Counted from the stretch's first letter, positions 17,618 through 27,627 are shown. The stretch: DNA of 55,186 nucleotides from a virus (IMGVR_UViG_3300030099_006009:1-55186), one strand, 5' to 3'. Notes: generated by a model from the sequence alone, not told the origin. Numbers and translations are program-made.

Positions 17618-18549
17618 TACAAGTTCTCCTTAACTTTGTCTACTATATATTCTGTTTCTAAAAATGAAAGACTTTCATTCATAGGTAAACTAACGGTTCT
17701 TTTTTCTAACTTCTCTGATTTTGGACAATTAAATTGTAAACCATTATTATATATTGGATTTTTATGTAATGCCGGATAATGAATACCACATATTATTCCA
17801 GCATCTTTCATATTCTGAATGAACTTTTCGTTATCTAAAACCTCTATTGTGTATAAGTGTTTACTTTTGTTTTCGTAACCAAACTCTTTATTATATATAT
17901 TAACTAACTTTCCCAAGACCTTCATTTTTTGATTAAAACTTTTAAAGTTGTTCATGACTATTTTTGCTTGCATCGAGTTCATATAAAACTTATAACCAGG
18001 AAAAGAAATCCCCCTTTCCCAATTATTTTCAGCAAATGTAGTTCCATTTAGAACAGCTTCTTTCATCCACTTATATTTGTTGTAATCATCTGTAACGATT
18101 ACTCCACCATCAGCTCCACCTAAAGGTTTTGTTGGATAGTGACTAAAAAACATAATATCATCTGGTTCACACTCTTTTCTGAATTGTTGTGGTTCTAATT
18201 TTTGAGCAGAATCAATTACTTTGAATTTTCTAAATTTATGTAAAATGTAAGAGTCACCAACCCAATCCACATCGTCATTAAATCTAACTATATTACCACT
18301 TGTTATAATAGCGTTAGCAACAACAGGTGGAATTATACTCGGTATGGTTATCTTACGAGGATTGAGAAACTCTTCCATTTTAAATATTAAAAATATCGCA
18401 TTGGTGGCACTATTGATGGCACATGCATATTTAGCACCAACATAATTAGCTATCTCTTTTTCGTATTCGATTACTATTTCATCGTGTAGTAAATTACTAA
18501 ACTGTGAAGTATCTATTGTATGATTATTTATGTGAAACAGTTGAATCAT
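17617..18549 (-). CDS. DegT/DnrJ/EryC1/StrS sugar aminotransferase
   Basis: NSATNA, IDSAQ, SHYPTKPLGGADGG (PLP Lys), GIHY, VSLP. Confidence 0.9.
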   Translation of the reverse strand: MIQLFHINNHTIDTSQFSNLLHDEIVIEYEKEIANYVGAKYACAINSATNAIFLIFKMEEFLNPRKITIPSIIPPVVANAIITSGNIVRFNDDVDWVGDSYILHKFRKFKVIDSAQKLEPQQFRKECEPDDIMFFSHYPTKPLGGADGGVIVTDDYNKYKWMKEAVLNGTTFAENNWERGISFPGYKFYMNSMQAKIVMNNFKSFNQKMKVLGKLVNIYNKEFGYENKSKHLYTIEVLDNEKFIQNMKDAGIICGIHYPALHKNPIYNNGLQFNCPKSEKLEKRTVSLPMNESLSFLETEYIVDKVKENL

Positions 18550-19255
18550 TTATAACTTTTTTCATTTTTGTTGTATCCATAGAACAATCTGTTGCCATAT
18601 TAACATCGGATATGTCTTTTAAATAAATAGGCTCTATACTACTATTTTCATTTTTTACGAAGTCGTAAACAGATTGTGATTCACCACCTACATTAATTAT
18701 ACCTTTTTTATCTAACAATCTCAAAGTAATCTTAGCAGCATCCTTTATCCACATCAAACTCTTTTTCATATCTTTAATAGCTTTCGGATGTGGAAATGGT
18801 TTTTTGTTCATAGCCATTCTTAGTATCAAATGTTTGTCATACATTTGAACTGCACACTCACCACCTAATTTAGACCATCCATATTTTGTAAATGGTTTCA
18901 TAGCATCAGTTTCTTTGTAGTTTCCATCCTTACCTTCATAGACATAATCAGTAGATATATAAATTATTTTCTTATTATATCTTTCACACATTAGAACGGT
19001 ATTGGCAGTTCCAACTATATTTGTCTGTATACTTAACGATGGATTATCCTCGTGTATAACCATAGGTCTAGTTATAGCAGCTGCGTGTATTACAATATCA
19101 AATTCCGATTGGTGTGTGTAAAAGTATCTATCTAGTTTCCAATAGTCTCTTATATCAGCATCATCTTTAGTTGGTGTAAGAAACGAGTGTTCTTTACCTT
19201 GTTTAACCAGATGTTTACAAAAATCACCCTCTCCTCCAGTAATTAATATTCTCAA
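18524..19255 (-). CDS. RmlD-like NDP-4-keto-sugar reductase
   Basis: YISTDYVY.G..GNYKETD, YGWSKLGGE. Confidence 0.88.
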   Translation of the reverse strand: MRILITGGEGDFCKHLVKQGKEHSFLTPTKDDADIRDYWKLDRYFYTHQSEFDIVIHAAAITRPMVIHEDNPSLSIQTNIVGTANTVLMCERYNKKIIYISTDYVYEGKDGNYKETDAMKPFTKYGWSKLGGECAVQMYDKHLILRMAMNKKPFPHPKAIKDMKKSLMWIKDAAKITLRLLDKKGIINVGGESQSVYDFVKNENSSIEPIYLKDISDVNMATDCSMDTTKMKKVINDSTVSHK

Positions 19256-19896
19256 TCAAACTCCAAATTATTATTAAACTTGGCTTTAATTTGTTCACCC
19301 TCTACATCTTTAGACCAAAACATAACACCTAATGTTTTCCTATCCATACCTTTAGTAATTTCAGGTAATCCATGCCAAGAATTTTCTGAACATTTAAATA
19401 TATTTAATTGATTAAATTTATATGGTATAGTTCCATGCTCCTCTCCGTTATGAACTCTCAAGTCAAAAGAAGAATCATATTCCTCTGACAAACAAAGTAT
19501 TGCACTAAATTCTCTTTTCCAATCTTTGTGTATTCCGTGATGACTGGCATCAACATGCATTCCTAAGTAACCACCCTCTCCATTTTTGTTAGGTGTAACC
19601 ATCATACCACCACCATAATGAGACATGTCAGGAAAACATTTAGTATTGAATCCCATCATCATATCGGGATTACAATGTGTTGCTATATAATCTAACAAAA
19701 GTAAAGCTGGAGTTGGAACATTCTCACGACCTAACTTAGAACAATACTGAATCTGTCCAGCATCATCTCCACCATACTTAACCCAATCTTCAACCTCATC
19801 AAAACTCTCAGCAGCTGCTCTTACCATTGCCTCTGAAGGATGAAAATTTTCTATTGTCATCGCTGGATATGGTTTTTCTATTTTAGTTACTTTCAT
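19252..19896 (-). CDS. 2OG-Fe(II) oxygenase
   Basis: GGYLGMHVD (HxD), NSWHG, distal R. Confidence 0.85.
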   Translation of the reverse strand: MKVTKIEKPYPAMTIENFHPSEAMVRAAAESFDEVEDWVKYGGDDAGQIQYCSKLGRENVPTPALLLLDYIATHCNPDMMMGFNTKCFPDMSHYGGGMMVTPNKNGEGGYLGMHVDASHHGIHKDWKREFSAILCLSEEYDSSFDLRVHNGEEHGTIPYKFNQLNIFKCSENSWHGLPEITKGMDRKTLGVMFWSKDVEGEQIKAKFNNNLEFD

Positions 19897-19912
19897 TTTA
19901 AATATTCAACAT

Positions 19913-19941
19913 AATATACAAATAAATAATCATTAAGTCAA
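19913..19941 (-). promoter_or_regulatory. Sigma70-like promoter TTGACT-N17-TATATT inside the glycan island
   Basis: Intergenic, upstream of the 2OG oxygenase. Confidence 0.7.
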
Positions 19942-19944
19942 GAA

Positions 19945-20364
19945 TTATGACGATAAGTTATTTTTTATTTTTTTGAAATCACTATAATTTTCTATGTAAT
20001 CTTTTACGTTATAATGTGTGTTTGCTAAAACTAATAAGACAGAATTTTCGTTTTCATAAATTTGTTCATCCCAAATTAGTTCAGGAATATATAATGCCTT
20101 TTCAGGCCTATCTAACACATAATTTTTTATATTTTTACCATCATCACATAAAACAGTTACTTTACCACTCAAAGCAATTAGAATTTGTTTAGTTTTTAGA
20201 TGACTATGTTTTCCTCTATCATTTTGATTTTGAACACCATATACATAAAACATTCTTTTGACTCTAAATGGTATATCTCTATCTAACTCAATTGGTGTTA
20301 ATTTACCATCTGGCTCAATAAATGTTTTTAACGTAAATTCTTTTACATCGTCTATCGTTATCAT
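19945..20364 (-). CDS. FdtA/QdtA-family sugar 3,4-ketoisomerase (cupin)
   Basis: IPFRVKRMFYVY, RGKHSH, VLLVLA..Y...DYI. Confidence 0.9.
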   Translation of the reverse strand: MITIDDVKEFTLKTFIEPDGKLTPIELDRDIPFRVKRMFYVYGVQNQNDRGKHSHLKTKQILIALSGKVTVLCDDGKNIKNYVLDRPEKALYIPELIWDEQIYENENSVLLVLANTHYNVKDYIENYSDFKKIKNNLSS

Positions 20365-20744
20365 TTATTCTCCGTTGTCCACTCTTCTCCAAAGTGTCCG
20401 ACTGGTACTCTGAACTCATCCTTTGGATTATATTTTTCTGTTAGATAATACAATAAAATAGAGTTTGGTTCTAATGCTCTATATCCATGATATACTCCTG
20501 GTTTCATTTCAATGACTCTCGGATTCTTATCAGATAGATAAACAAATTCACAACCATCTTCTTCTGTAGCCATTCCTACTTTGAAAGAACCTTTTATACA
20601 AGTCCAATAATCAGATTGTATATCGTGTTTGTGCCAAGCCACAATGTGTTCTGTGCTATTAACATAGGAAACATTTATCTGCCCATCTATGACTTCAAAT
20701 ACATCTAATAACCTTTGAGCTCTATCGTCTTCATTATAATACAT
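20361..20744 (-). CDS. RmlC-like sugar epimerase (cupin)
   Basis: AWHKH..Q.D, PGVYHGY, YNPKDEFR. Confidence 0.82.
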   Translation of the reverse strand: MYYNEDDRAQRLLDVFEVIDGQINVSYVNSTEHIVAWHKHDIQSDYWTCIKGSFKVGMATEEDGCEFVYLSDKNPRVIEMKPGVYHGYRALEPNSILLYYLTEKYNPKDEFRVPVGHFGEEWTTENK

Positions 20745-20753
20745 AAAATTCTC

Positions 20754-21941
20754 CTATGAAAATGACATTACTCGTGGCACATGAGTTATAAACTGTCCAC
20801 CATTCTCTACGAATTTTCTCTCACTATTAGCTATGAAATCTTTAAAGTTCCAAGCTCCCAAAAAAACATAGTCGTATTCATTTAAATCTACAGACTCCCT
20901 ATCGACCACAGGTATGTGGCTACCAGGTGCTAATAAATTCTGTTTATCTGGCGTAGTATCAGTAATACAGTCTATTAGAGAACTATCGATTCCACAGTAG
21001 TTAAACACCGTTGTGGACTTAGATGTAGCTCCAACACTCACAACCCTCTTTCCGTTTAATTTAAAATCTCTTAGTAATTCAATTAACTCTTTTTTTGATT
21101 GTTCAACTCTTTTTGCAAATTCCACATAAGTTTCAAACTCATTGATTCCAAATAGTTTCTCATTGAGAATATTATCTCTTACACTTTCTTTGACTGTGTT
21201 ATTAGATGGAATATTTGGCTTCTTAACGTATATCCTATTAGAACCACCATGAACTGATAAGTTGTCAACATCAAAAATAATCAAACCATTCTTTCTTAAA
21301 ATACTGTCAAGTGCTGTGACTGAAAATACATGTGCATGTTCATCATATATTTGGTCATACGAACCTCTCTCTAACATTGTCAATAGTGATGGATCTTCAA
21401 AAACAAACACACCATTATCACTAAGTAAGTTTTCAACTGCCGAAAAACAATCATCTAAATCTTGTATGTGACAAATACAATTAGCAGCATAAATCAAATC
21501 CATACTCCCAACAGAACTTTTAATATCATTAGATAATCTTTTTGTCCAAAATTGTGTCCAAGTTTTATATCCCTTATTACCAGTTATTTTAGCAAAATTA
21601 TCACATGGCTCTACACAAAAAGAGTTTTCTGGTTCAAACTTTGATATAAAAGAACCATCATTTGAACCTATCTCTAAAACTTTTTTCGGACTAAATTCAG
21701 AATCTAACATTTCAGCGGTGCTTTTGAAATGATTTACCATAGGTGTTGATAATGAAGTATTGTATTTATAATCTTTATTAAACATCATTTCTGGTCGCAC
21801 AAACTCTTTCATAGAAACCAACTTAGTTTCCTCATCAAAAACTACTTTTAAATCAAAGAAGAACTCATCATTAATTTCTTCTTCCTTTAAAAACTTATTT
21901 GCTATAGGTTGTCTGCCTAAATCTAAAAACTCTTTTTTCAT
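20754..21941 (-). CDS. NDP-hexose C-methyltransferase (NovU/TylC3/TcaB9-like)
   Basis: LDLGRQPIAN, EIGSNDG, YDQIYDEH, VHGGSNR, DTTPDKQ..LAPGSHIPV, AWNF. Confidence 0.92.
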   Translation of the reverse strand: MKKEFLDLGRQPIANKFLKEEEINDEFFFDLKVVFDEETKLVSMKEFVRPEMMFNKDYKYNTSLSTPMVNHFKSTAEMLDSEFSPKKVLEIGSNDGSFISKFEPENSFCVEPCDNFAKITGNKGYKTWTQFWTKRLSNDIKSSVGSMDLIYAANCICHIQDLDDCFSAVENLLSDNGVFVFEDPSLLTMLERGSYDQIYDEHAHVFSVTALDSILRKNGLIIFDVDNLSVHGGSNRIYVKKPNIPSNNTVKESVRDNILNEKLFGINEFETYVEFAKRVEQSKKELIELLRDFKLNGKRVVSVGATSKSTTVFNYCGIDSSLIDCITDTTPDKQNLLAPGSHIPVVDRESVDLNEYDYVFLGAWNFKDFIANSERKFVENGGQFITHVPRVMSFS

Positions 21942-22591
21942 CTAATTAACTCCTTGCTTGTAAATAACAAATCTTTTTGAACTATAGTTTCTCCATCATA
22001 ATGCTCACCGATACTCATTCTTTTTTCAAAACCAATATTATTCATATAATTAATAGTCTCTTCAGCTGTTGGTGCTCCTAAATTATATTCAATAAAAGCT
22101 ACCTCTAATATTATAGCAGTTGATTTACTAACTAAATTTTTACCACCTTTTAATATATCTAACTCAGAACCTTGTGTATCTATTTTTATCAAGTCAAATG
22201 AAGAATCATCTTCAAATAAATTATCTAATACTTGTAATCTCACTTTATTTTTTTGAACTAGATTTTGTATATCCCAATAATTAGCCTCTTCATAATACGA
22301 ATTTCCCTCTGTATGTGGTTTGTCACTTCTAGTATAAAAAGTAACTTCTCTTTCTTCATCACCTAAAGCAGCTATGAGGTATTCATCTTCCACCATGAAA
22401 GTCATACTCTTTAATTGTTGGTCGTGTAGAGGATTAGCCTCTATCATAAAAATAGGAGTGGTTGGCCAAACTTCTTTTGACCACCTATAAAATTGTCCTG
22501 AGTGTGCACCGATGTCTAAAATATTATTCGGCTCTATACCCAAATCTCTAACATCGCCTAATCTCATTGTTTGACCTTTTCTATAGGACAT
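21938..22591 (-). CDS. FkbM-family methyltransferase
   Basis: LDIGAHSG, IEAN, IKIDTQGSEL. Confidence 0.9.
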   Translation of the reverse strand: MSYRKGQTMRLGDVRDLGIEPNNILDIGAHSGQFYRWSKEVWPTTPIFMIEANPLHDQQLKSMTFMVEDEYLIAALGDEEREVTFYTRSDKPHTEGNSYYEEANYWDIQNLVQKNKVRLQVLDNLFEDDSSFDLIKIDTQGSELDILKGGKNLVSKSTAIILEVAFIEYNLGAPTAEETINYMNNIGFEKRMSIGEHYDGETIVQKDLLFTSKELIR

Positions 22592-22592
22592 A

Positions 22593-24200
22593 CTATACCT
22601 TTTTAACTAGCAACCCAAAATCTCTAAAATACAAATAATCTATGTTTGTTCTCAAAAAGCAATCTAATGCATGTTCTGGAGTTTCAACAATGGGTTCTCT
22701 ATCATTAAAACTTGTATTGAGAACAATAGGAACTCCTGTTCTTTCACCAAACTTTTTAATAAAATTATGATACCATTTATTATCTTCTTCATCAACACTC
22801 TGTAACCTAGCAGTTCCATCATTGTGTGTTACTGCTGGAACTTTATCAGCCATACCATCTTTAAACTTTAATGCTATACTCATGTAAGGACTATCTACAT
22901 CGTGTACAAACCAATTTGAAACCTCTTCTCTTAATATCGATGGAGCGAATGGTCTAAACCATTGTCTGTGCTTTACCTTATCATTTATAATGTCCTTCAT
23001 TTTAAGACTTCTTGGATCAGCTAATATACTTCTATTACCCAACGCTCTTCTACCCGACTCCGATCCACCACCATAAACTGATATTACGTTGTCATCTTCT
23101 GTCAATAAGTCTACCACAAAATCATCATCCGTTTGACTGAAAGTACACTCATTATCACGCGCTCTCAGAGCCTTCTGTATATCATCATCATCATAAGTTT
23201 TTCCTAAATATGGACTTCTATTTTGTGGATTGTTGTATATTCTTGGATTATCTAACACATGATGCCAAACATATCTACACCCACCTAATGTTAAACCAGC
23301 ATCATATGGTATCGGATCACAATATATATTCGTATCTGGAAACCAATCAAACATCTTACCCACCATAACACAATTTAAACTAACCCCACCAGACAAACAA
23401 ATGTTCTTTGGTTTATACTTTTCTATATAAGAACCAAATAATTCTTTACAAACATTCTCTGTTTCTAATTGAAGCGAAGCAGCTATATCAAACTTATTCT
23501 GCTCCGATTTGCATACCTGATAATGTAATTCCCTTGTATCTACTGGTCCTGTACCACCCGAACCCATATTTTTAAAGTGATTAATGTACTTATCTGGATT
23601 ACCAAAAGCAGCCATTCCCATGACAGTTCCCTCTTCACCCCTCTTAACTGGATTTCTATTCAAACCAAATATATGATATGTACAATGATCCCAATACACC
23701 CCAACATTTAACTTAACTCTATCAATTATCTCAATAGGTTCTATTTTATTGTCTCTACCTAACCAAAATGTTGTAGCTGTAACAGTAGCACCAGGTTTAG
23801 GCCATTCATCTAAGTCAGACCAACTATTTTCTCTACCATCATTATAGTCCACACCACCACCATCTATTGTAATTATCAAAGCATCTTTAAAAGGACTAGT
23901 ATAAAATGAGTTAGCGGCATGTGCCTGATGATGGTTGGTTATAAATAATTTAGCAGATGGAACAGCAGACTTAAACTGGTCCTCTGAATAACTAAAGTAT
24001 TGTTTAAATTTACCTGTTCTATTAGTTACAATATAACCAAAATCCCTATCGGTTTCTTGTTCTAAAAATAACTTTAAAGAATCACCCTTACAACCCTTTT
24101 GCCTGTTAAATCTTTCAAGTTCATTATGCACTACTGGAACACCATCTTCTAAAATAGCATAAGCAGAATCGTGTCCACCATGTAATCCTAATATTTTCAT
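22593..24200 (-). CDS. Carbamoyltransferase (NodU/CmcH family) 2
   Basis: GHDS, ERFNRQK, HHQAHA, GGVSLNC, RALGNRS, WFRPFAP, DGTARLQ, LNTSFN. Confidence 0.95.
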   Translation of the reverse strand: MKILGLHGGHDSAYAILEDGVPVVHNELERFNRQKGCKGDSLKLFLEQETDRDFGYIVTNRTGKFKQYFSYSEDQFKSAVPSAKLFITNHHQAHAANSFYTSPFKDALIITIDGGGVDYNDGRENSWSDLDEWPKPGATVTATTFWLGRDNKIEPIEIIDRVKLNVGVYWDHCTYHIFGLNRNPVKRGEEGTVMGMAAFGNPDKYINHFKNMGSGGTGPVDTRELHYQVCKSEQNKFDIAASLQLETENVCKELFGSYIEKYKPKNICLSGGVSLNCVMVGKMFDWFPDTNIYCDPIPYDAGLTLGGCRYVWHHVLDNPRIYNNPQNRSPYLGKTYDDDDIQKALRARDNECTFSQTDDDFVVDLLTEDDNVISVYGGGSESGRRALGNRSILADPRSLKMKDIINDKVKHRQWFRPFAPSILREEVSNWFVHDVDSPYMSIALKFKDGMADKVPAVTHNDGTARLQSVDEEDNKWYHNFIKKFGERTGVPIVLNTSFNDREPIVETPEHALDCFLRTNIDYLYFRDFGLLVKKV

Positions 24201-24204
24201 TCTT

Positions 24205-24981
24205 TTACTCCTGTAAGTTTCTTAATGTTTCTACACCTTCACAAACTAATTTAATATTATGCCACGCACCGCCTTTATTTGCCCAAGGTTTATGAATACC
24301 AAATGGAGCTTTCATATCAAGTGGTGAAATATATCCATTGTCTATTGCGAAAGTTATTACATCTCTAGTGGTTGGTTTAGTGACATACTCTGAAAAGAAA
24401 TAATCTTCTGAATAAGGTTTTCCTGCAGCAAGATATTCATCGAAATGATTCTTAACTAAATCCAACATAACCTCTTTATTTCTTATAGATAGAGCACCAT
24501 TCATTGGTAATACTTGTGGTCCATTGTATGGTGCAGAGTATGCACCTCCAGGTTTTAGTGTTGGGTATAAATCATCTAACGGTTCGTATAGTTGCGATCC
24601 CCAATAACCACCTATATAATCATAGTTTTCAAACTGACTAATTTCATACTCTGAATTTGGACATAGCATAGTGTCACACTCAAATTTTAATAATATGTCC
24701 CCATTGATATTGTCCCAAAAACCCTCTGTTCTTAGTAAATCACTTTCATCTTTATGTGTCATATTTTCAACACCTAAATTATGTAACACAAACCTTTCAT
24801 TAGAATTAGCATTAGATATTATTTCACTTTCGTCTATTATACCTTTTATATAATCAATGTTGTGAGTACCGTGGTTTATTTGAACACCCCATTCTTTTGG
24901 CAAAACACTCAAGAAATTTTCCAAGACAAATTTCAATGCTTTGTGTCTTCTCGGTTCGGTTAAAAATGCTATCTTTCTCAT
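24205..24981 (-). CDS. DUF5672-like putative glycosyltransferase
   Basis: YDYIGGYW, NGALSIR, EDYFFS, PFGIHKPW. Confidence 0.7.
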   Translation of the reverse strand: MRKIAFLTEPRRHKALKFVLENFLSVLPKEWGVQINHGTHNIDYIKGIIDESEIISNANSNERFVLHNLGVENMTHKDESDLLRTEGFWDNINGDILLKFECDTMLCPNSEYEISQFENYDYIGGYWGSQLYEPLDDLYPTLKPGGAYSAPYNGPQVLPMNGALSIRNKEVMLDLVKNHFDEYLAAGKPYSEDYFFSEYVTKPTTRDVITFAIDNGYISPLDMKAPFGIHKPWANKGGAWHNIKLVCEGVETLRNLQE

Positions 24982-25577
24982 TTACTTGCCTCTAAAGTAA
25001 AAGTCTCTAGTTGTAAAATTTCTGGTGTAAGACCATATTTTACATTAACTGAATCTGAACAATTTTCTAAATCTTTTAGATTTTCATCTTCACTCTCATT
25101 TATCAAATATGATTTCACTTTAGTAAACCCAACTGATTCAAGTAAATCTTTAAGCACTTTTTTATCATATATGAAAACATGTCCCCAAGCCCTAACAAAA
25201 TTATTAATAACATAAGTATCTATTGCAGTAAAAACATCATAAGCCGGATGATTAACATTATAATCAATGTACTTCTTCTGTAAGTCTGTCTTATTGTCGT
25301 TATAGAGTTCGATAAAAAACTTCAAATCAGGTGTTGAAATTCTAATTTTACCATCATTTTTTAAAACCCTAAAAGATTCCTCTAACATAAATTTACCGTC
25401 TTGCAGACTTATGTGCTCAATCATATGTTCAGAAAATATATAATCAACACTATTATCTTCATAAGGAAATTTTTCAGTAACATCTAAATATTTACATCTT
25501 CTTAAAGATTTATCAGAGTCGGTATTTATCCACCCATTAATAATATTTCTACCACAACCCAAATGTAATTTTATCAT
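24978..25577 (-). CDS. SAM-dependent methyltransferase (type 11-like)
   Basis: LHLGCG, SEHMIEH, RVLK..G.IRISTPD. Confidence 0.88.
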   Translation of the reverse strand: MIKLHLGCGRNIINGWINTDSDKSLRRCKYLDVTEKFPYEDNSVDYIFSEHMIEHISLQDGKFMLEESFRVLKNDGKIRISTPDLKFFIELYNDNKTDLQKKYIDYNVNHPAYDVFTAIDTYVINNFVRAWGHVFIYDKKVLKDLLESVGFTKVKSYLINESEDENLKDLENCSDSVNVKYGLTPEILQLETFTLEASK

Positions 25578-26428
25578 TTACCTATCACCTTTTCTACATA
25601 TTCTTTTAAACTGTGTTTTGGTTTCCAACCAAGTTTCAACTCTGCTACAGCATAATCACATAATGTTCTATCATACTCACCCTTACGTGCTGGAAGATAC
25701 TCTCTAGGATAATCCTTACCAAACATGTCTGCTACTTCATTAATTGAAAAATTAACTCCGGTACCCAACTCGAAAAATTGAGCTTTAAATTCATGATTAA
25801 CACATCTTACTAAACCATCTACAATATCTTCAACATGAGTAAAGTCTCTTCTCTGTTGACCATCAGCAGTAATTGTCAATGACTCACCATTTCTATATTG
25901 TTTTTCAAAAATACCTAAAACCGTTGAATAATCTCCATCCTCTAATTGGTAAGGTCCATAAACATTGTAAAATCTACATATAGAAGTTGTAAGGTCATAT
26001 ACACTACTATATAGTTTACATAACTCTTCACCACTCCATTTTGACCAAGCATATGGACTCTCATATAATCCATGATGAAACGAACTAGAACCAGCATAAA
26101 CAACTGGTATATTTTTTAGTCTCGCATATTCCAATACATTAAGAGTTGATATAAAATTGTTTTCTATATGTGGAGCAGGATCTGTTAATGATGGTTGAAT
26201 TCTAGCTAAAGCTCCTATGTGAAATATTACATCTACATTATCCATAAAAAATGTATAGTCTTTGGTTTCAGATAAATCTACATCAAAATACTGACAACCA
26301 TCTTGTTCATTTTCTTTTTTACCTGTCGAGTAATTGTCTAAAGAAACCACTTTATGTCCGTCTTTCAATAACCTCTTTACTAAATTTGTACCTATGAATC
26401 CGGCACCTCCTGTAACTATAGCTCTCAT
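25574..26428 (-). CDS. NAD-dependent epimerase/dehydratase (paralog of 9184..10107)
   Basis: TGGAGFIG, YAWSK, RFYNVYG, RRDFTHV. Confidence 0.92.
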   Translation of the reverse strand: MRAIVTGGAGFIGTNLVKRLLKDGHKVVSLDNYSTGKKENEQDGCQYFDVDLSETKDYTFFMDNVDVIFHIGALARIQPSLTDPAPHIENNFISTLNVLEYARLKNIPVVYAGSSSFHHGLYESPYAWSKWSGEELCKLYSSVYDLTTSICRFYNVYGPYQLEDGDYSTVLGIFEKQYRNGESLTITADGQQRRDFTHVEDIVDGLVRCVNHEFKAQFFELGTGVNFSINEVADMFGKDYPREYLPARKGEYDRTLCDYAVAELKLGWKPKHSLKEYVEKVIGK

Positions 26429-26440
26429 AACCTTTTTCCC

Positions 26441-27211
26441 CTATTGATCTTCAATTGAATGAATTCTTGTTCTTTTGTCTTTATCTCTAAATAAATAGTT
26501 TTTAAAATCAACTAATTCAAATTTTATTTTATTATTTTCTAAATGTCTTTGTAATATTTGTTCATGCCCCATATTATCTGGCTTATCACAATAATGAGCT
26601 GTATGTATTCCGTCTTGATGAGAATTTATAATATCCACAATATTAGGAAAAACATCAGAATAAACATCCATATTTTTACTTGAACCTATTGCAAATTGAT
26701 CATTAAACCCATAGTTATGACTATTGTCATCTGGAGCATATATTACAGATTTGTCCAATCTGTCAAGGTTCAAAGGTTCAGATAAACCAAAGTCTGACCT
26801 TGTTCTTATAACCCAATCATATTCAAAATTATTTTCTATTTCAAATTCCTTTTTCAACTGATTGCATTTATATATACTATATAAACTACTGCAAACACCA
26901 AAGGTATGAGTGTATTGTAATTTTCTTTGTTCTAATACTTCAGGAACATCTAAGTCAACTTGTTTCTCAATAATCATTTTATTAATGTTAAAATTTTCAT
27001 ATAATTTTCCCACCCAATCATTATTCATAGGCTCACTTACTTCATCTTCTCTACCATCATAAAGTATTTTTTTAAATGTTTTTTGATTAGAGTTAGTATC
27101 CCACCAAGCATGGACAAAAACTTCAAAATCAAATTTCATATTATCAGTAATATTTTGTATACCTCTGTACACATTTCTTGGTTGTCCTGATAAACATAAA
27201 GCTACTCTCAT
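26441..27211 (-). CDS. Putative glycan-related protein (GT-like)
   Basis: VALCLSGQPR, YDWVIRTRSD and NDQFAIG motifs, of a kind I recall from phage/giant-virus glycan loci. Confidence 0.55.
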   Translation of the reverse strand: MRVALCLSGQPRNVYRGIQNITDNMKFDFEVFVHAWWDTNSNQKTFKKILYDGREDEVSEPMNNDWVGKLYENFNINKMIIEKQVDLDVPEVLEQRKLQYTHTFGVCSSLYSIYKCNQLKKEFEIENNFEYDWVIRTRSDFGLSEPLNLDRLDKSVIYAPDDNSHNYGFNDQFAIGSSKNMDVYSDVFPNIVDIINSHQDGIHTAHYCDKPDNMGHEQILQRHLENNKIKFELVDFKNYLFRDKDKRTRIHSIEDQ

Positions 27212-27627
27212 ATATACCTCACTATATAATCACTACAAATTCCAGCACAACCATCAACATCAATTGTTTGTAATTCTGGCAAAACACAAATTGATTTTTC
27301 TGTGAGTGGTTGTGTTGGATAAGTCCAAATGTATTCTTGGGATGTCAATGTTACATTATCGTTTTGATGAAAAAAACAATGAGCACCTAATTCTAACAAC
27401 TCCTTTAATGCCTTAACATTTTTAGCATGACACCAAACTTCTTTCTTTAATAAAAAATCAGAATCTACTCTATATTGTGGTCTATCATGACCAGTCCACC
27501 AAGTATCTGTATACCAAACATCAAGTTCAATATTAAATCCTTGTGCGATAGCTTCTTCACAATACTTTTGTCCATTTTCATACTCATTCGGACCATTCAT
27601 ATTTCCTCTATGTGCTATTAAAATCAT
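27208..27627 (-). CDS. PLC-like/GDPD-like phosphodiesterase-fold protein
   Basis: LIAHRGN..EN, ELDVW, GHD, WCHAKN, GICSD. Confidence 0.75.
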   Translation of the reverse strand: MILIAHRGNMNGPNEYENGQKYCEEAIAQGFNIELDVWYTDTWWTGHDRPQYRVDSDFLLKKEVWCHAKNVKALKELLELGAHCFFHQNDNVTLTSQEYIWTYPTQPLTEKSICVLPELQTIDVDGCAGICSDYIVRYI

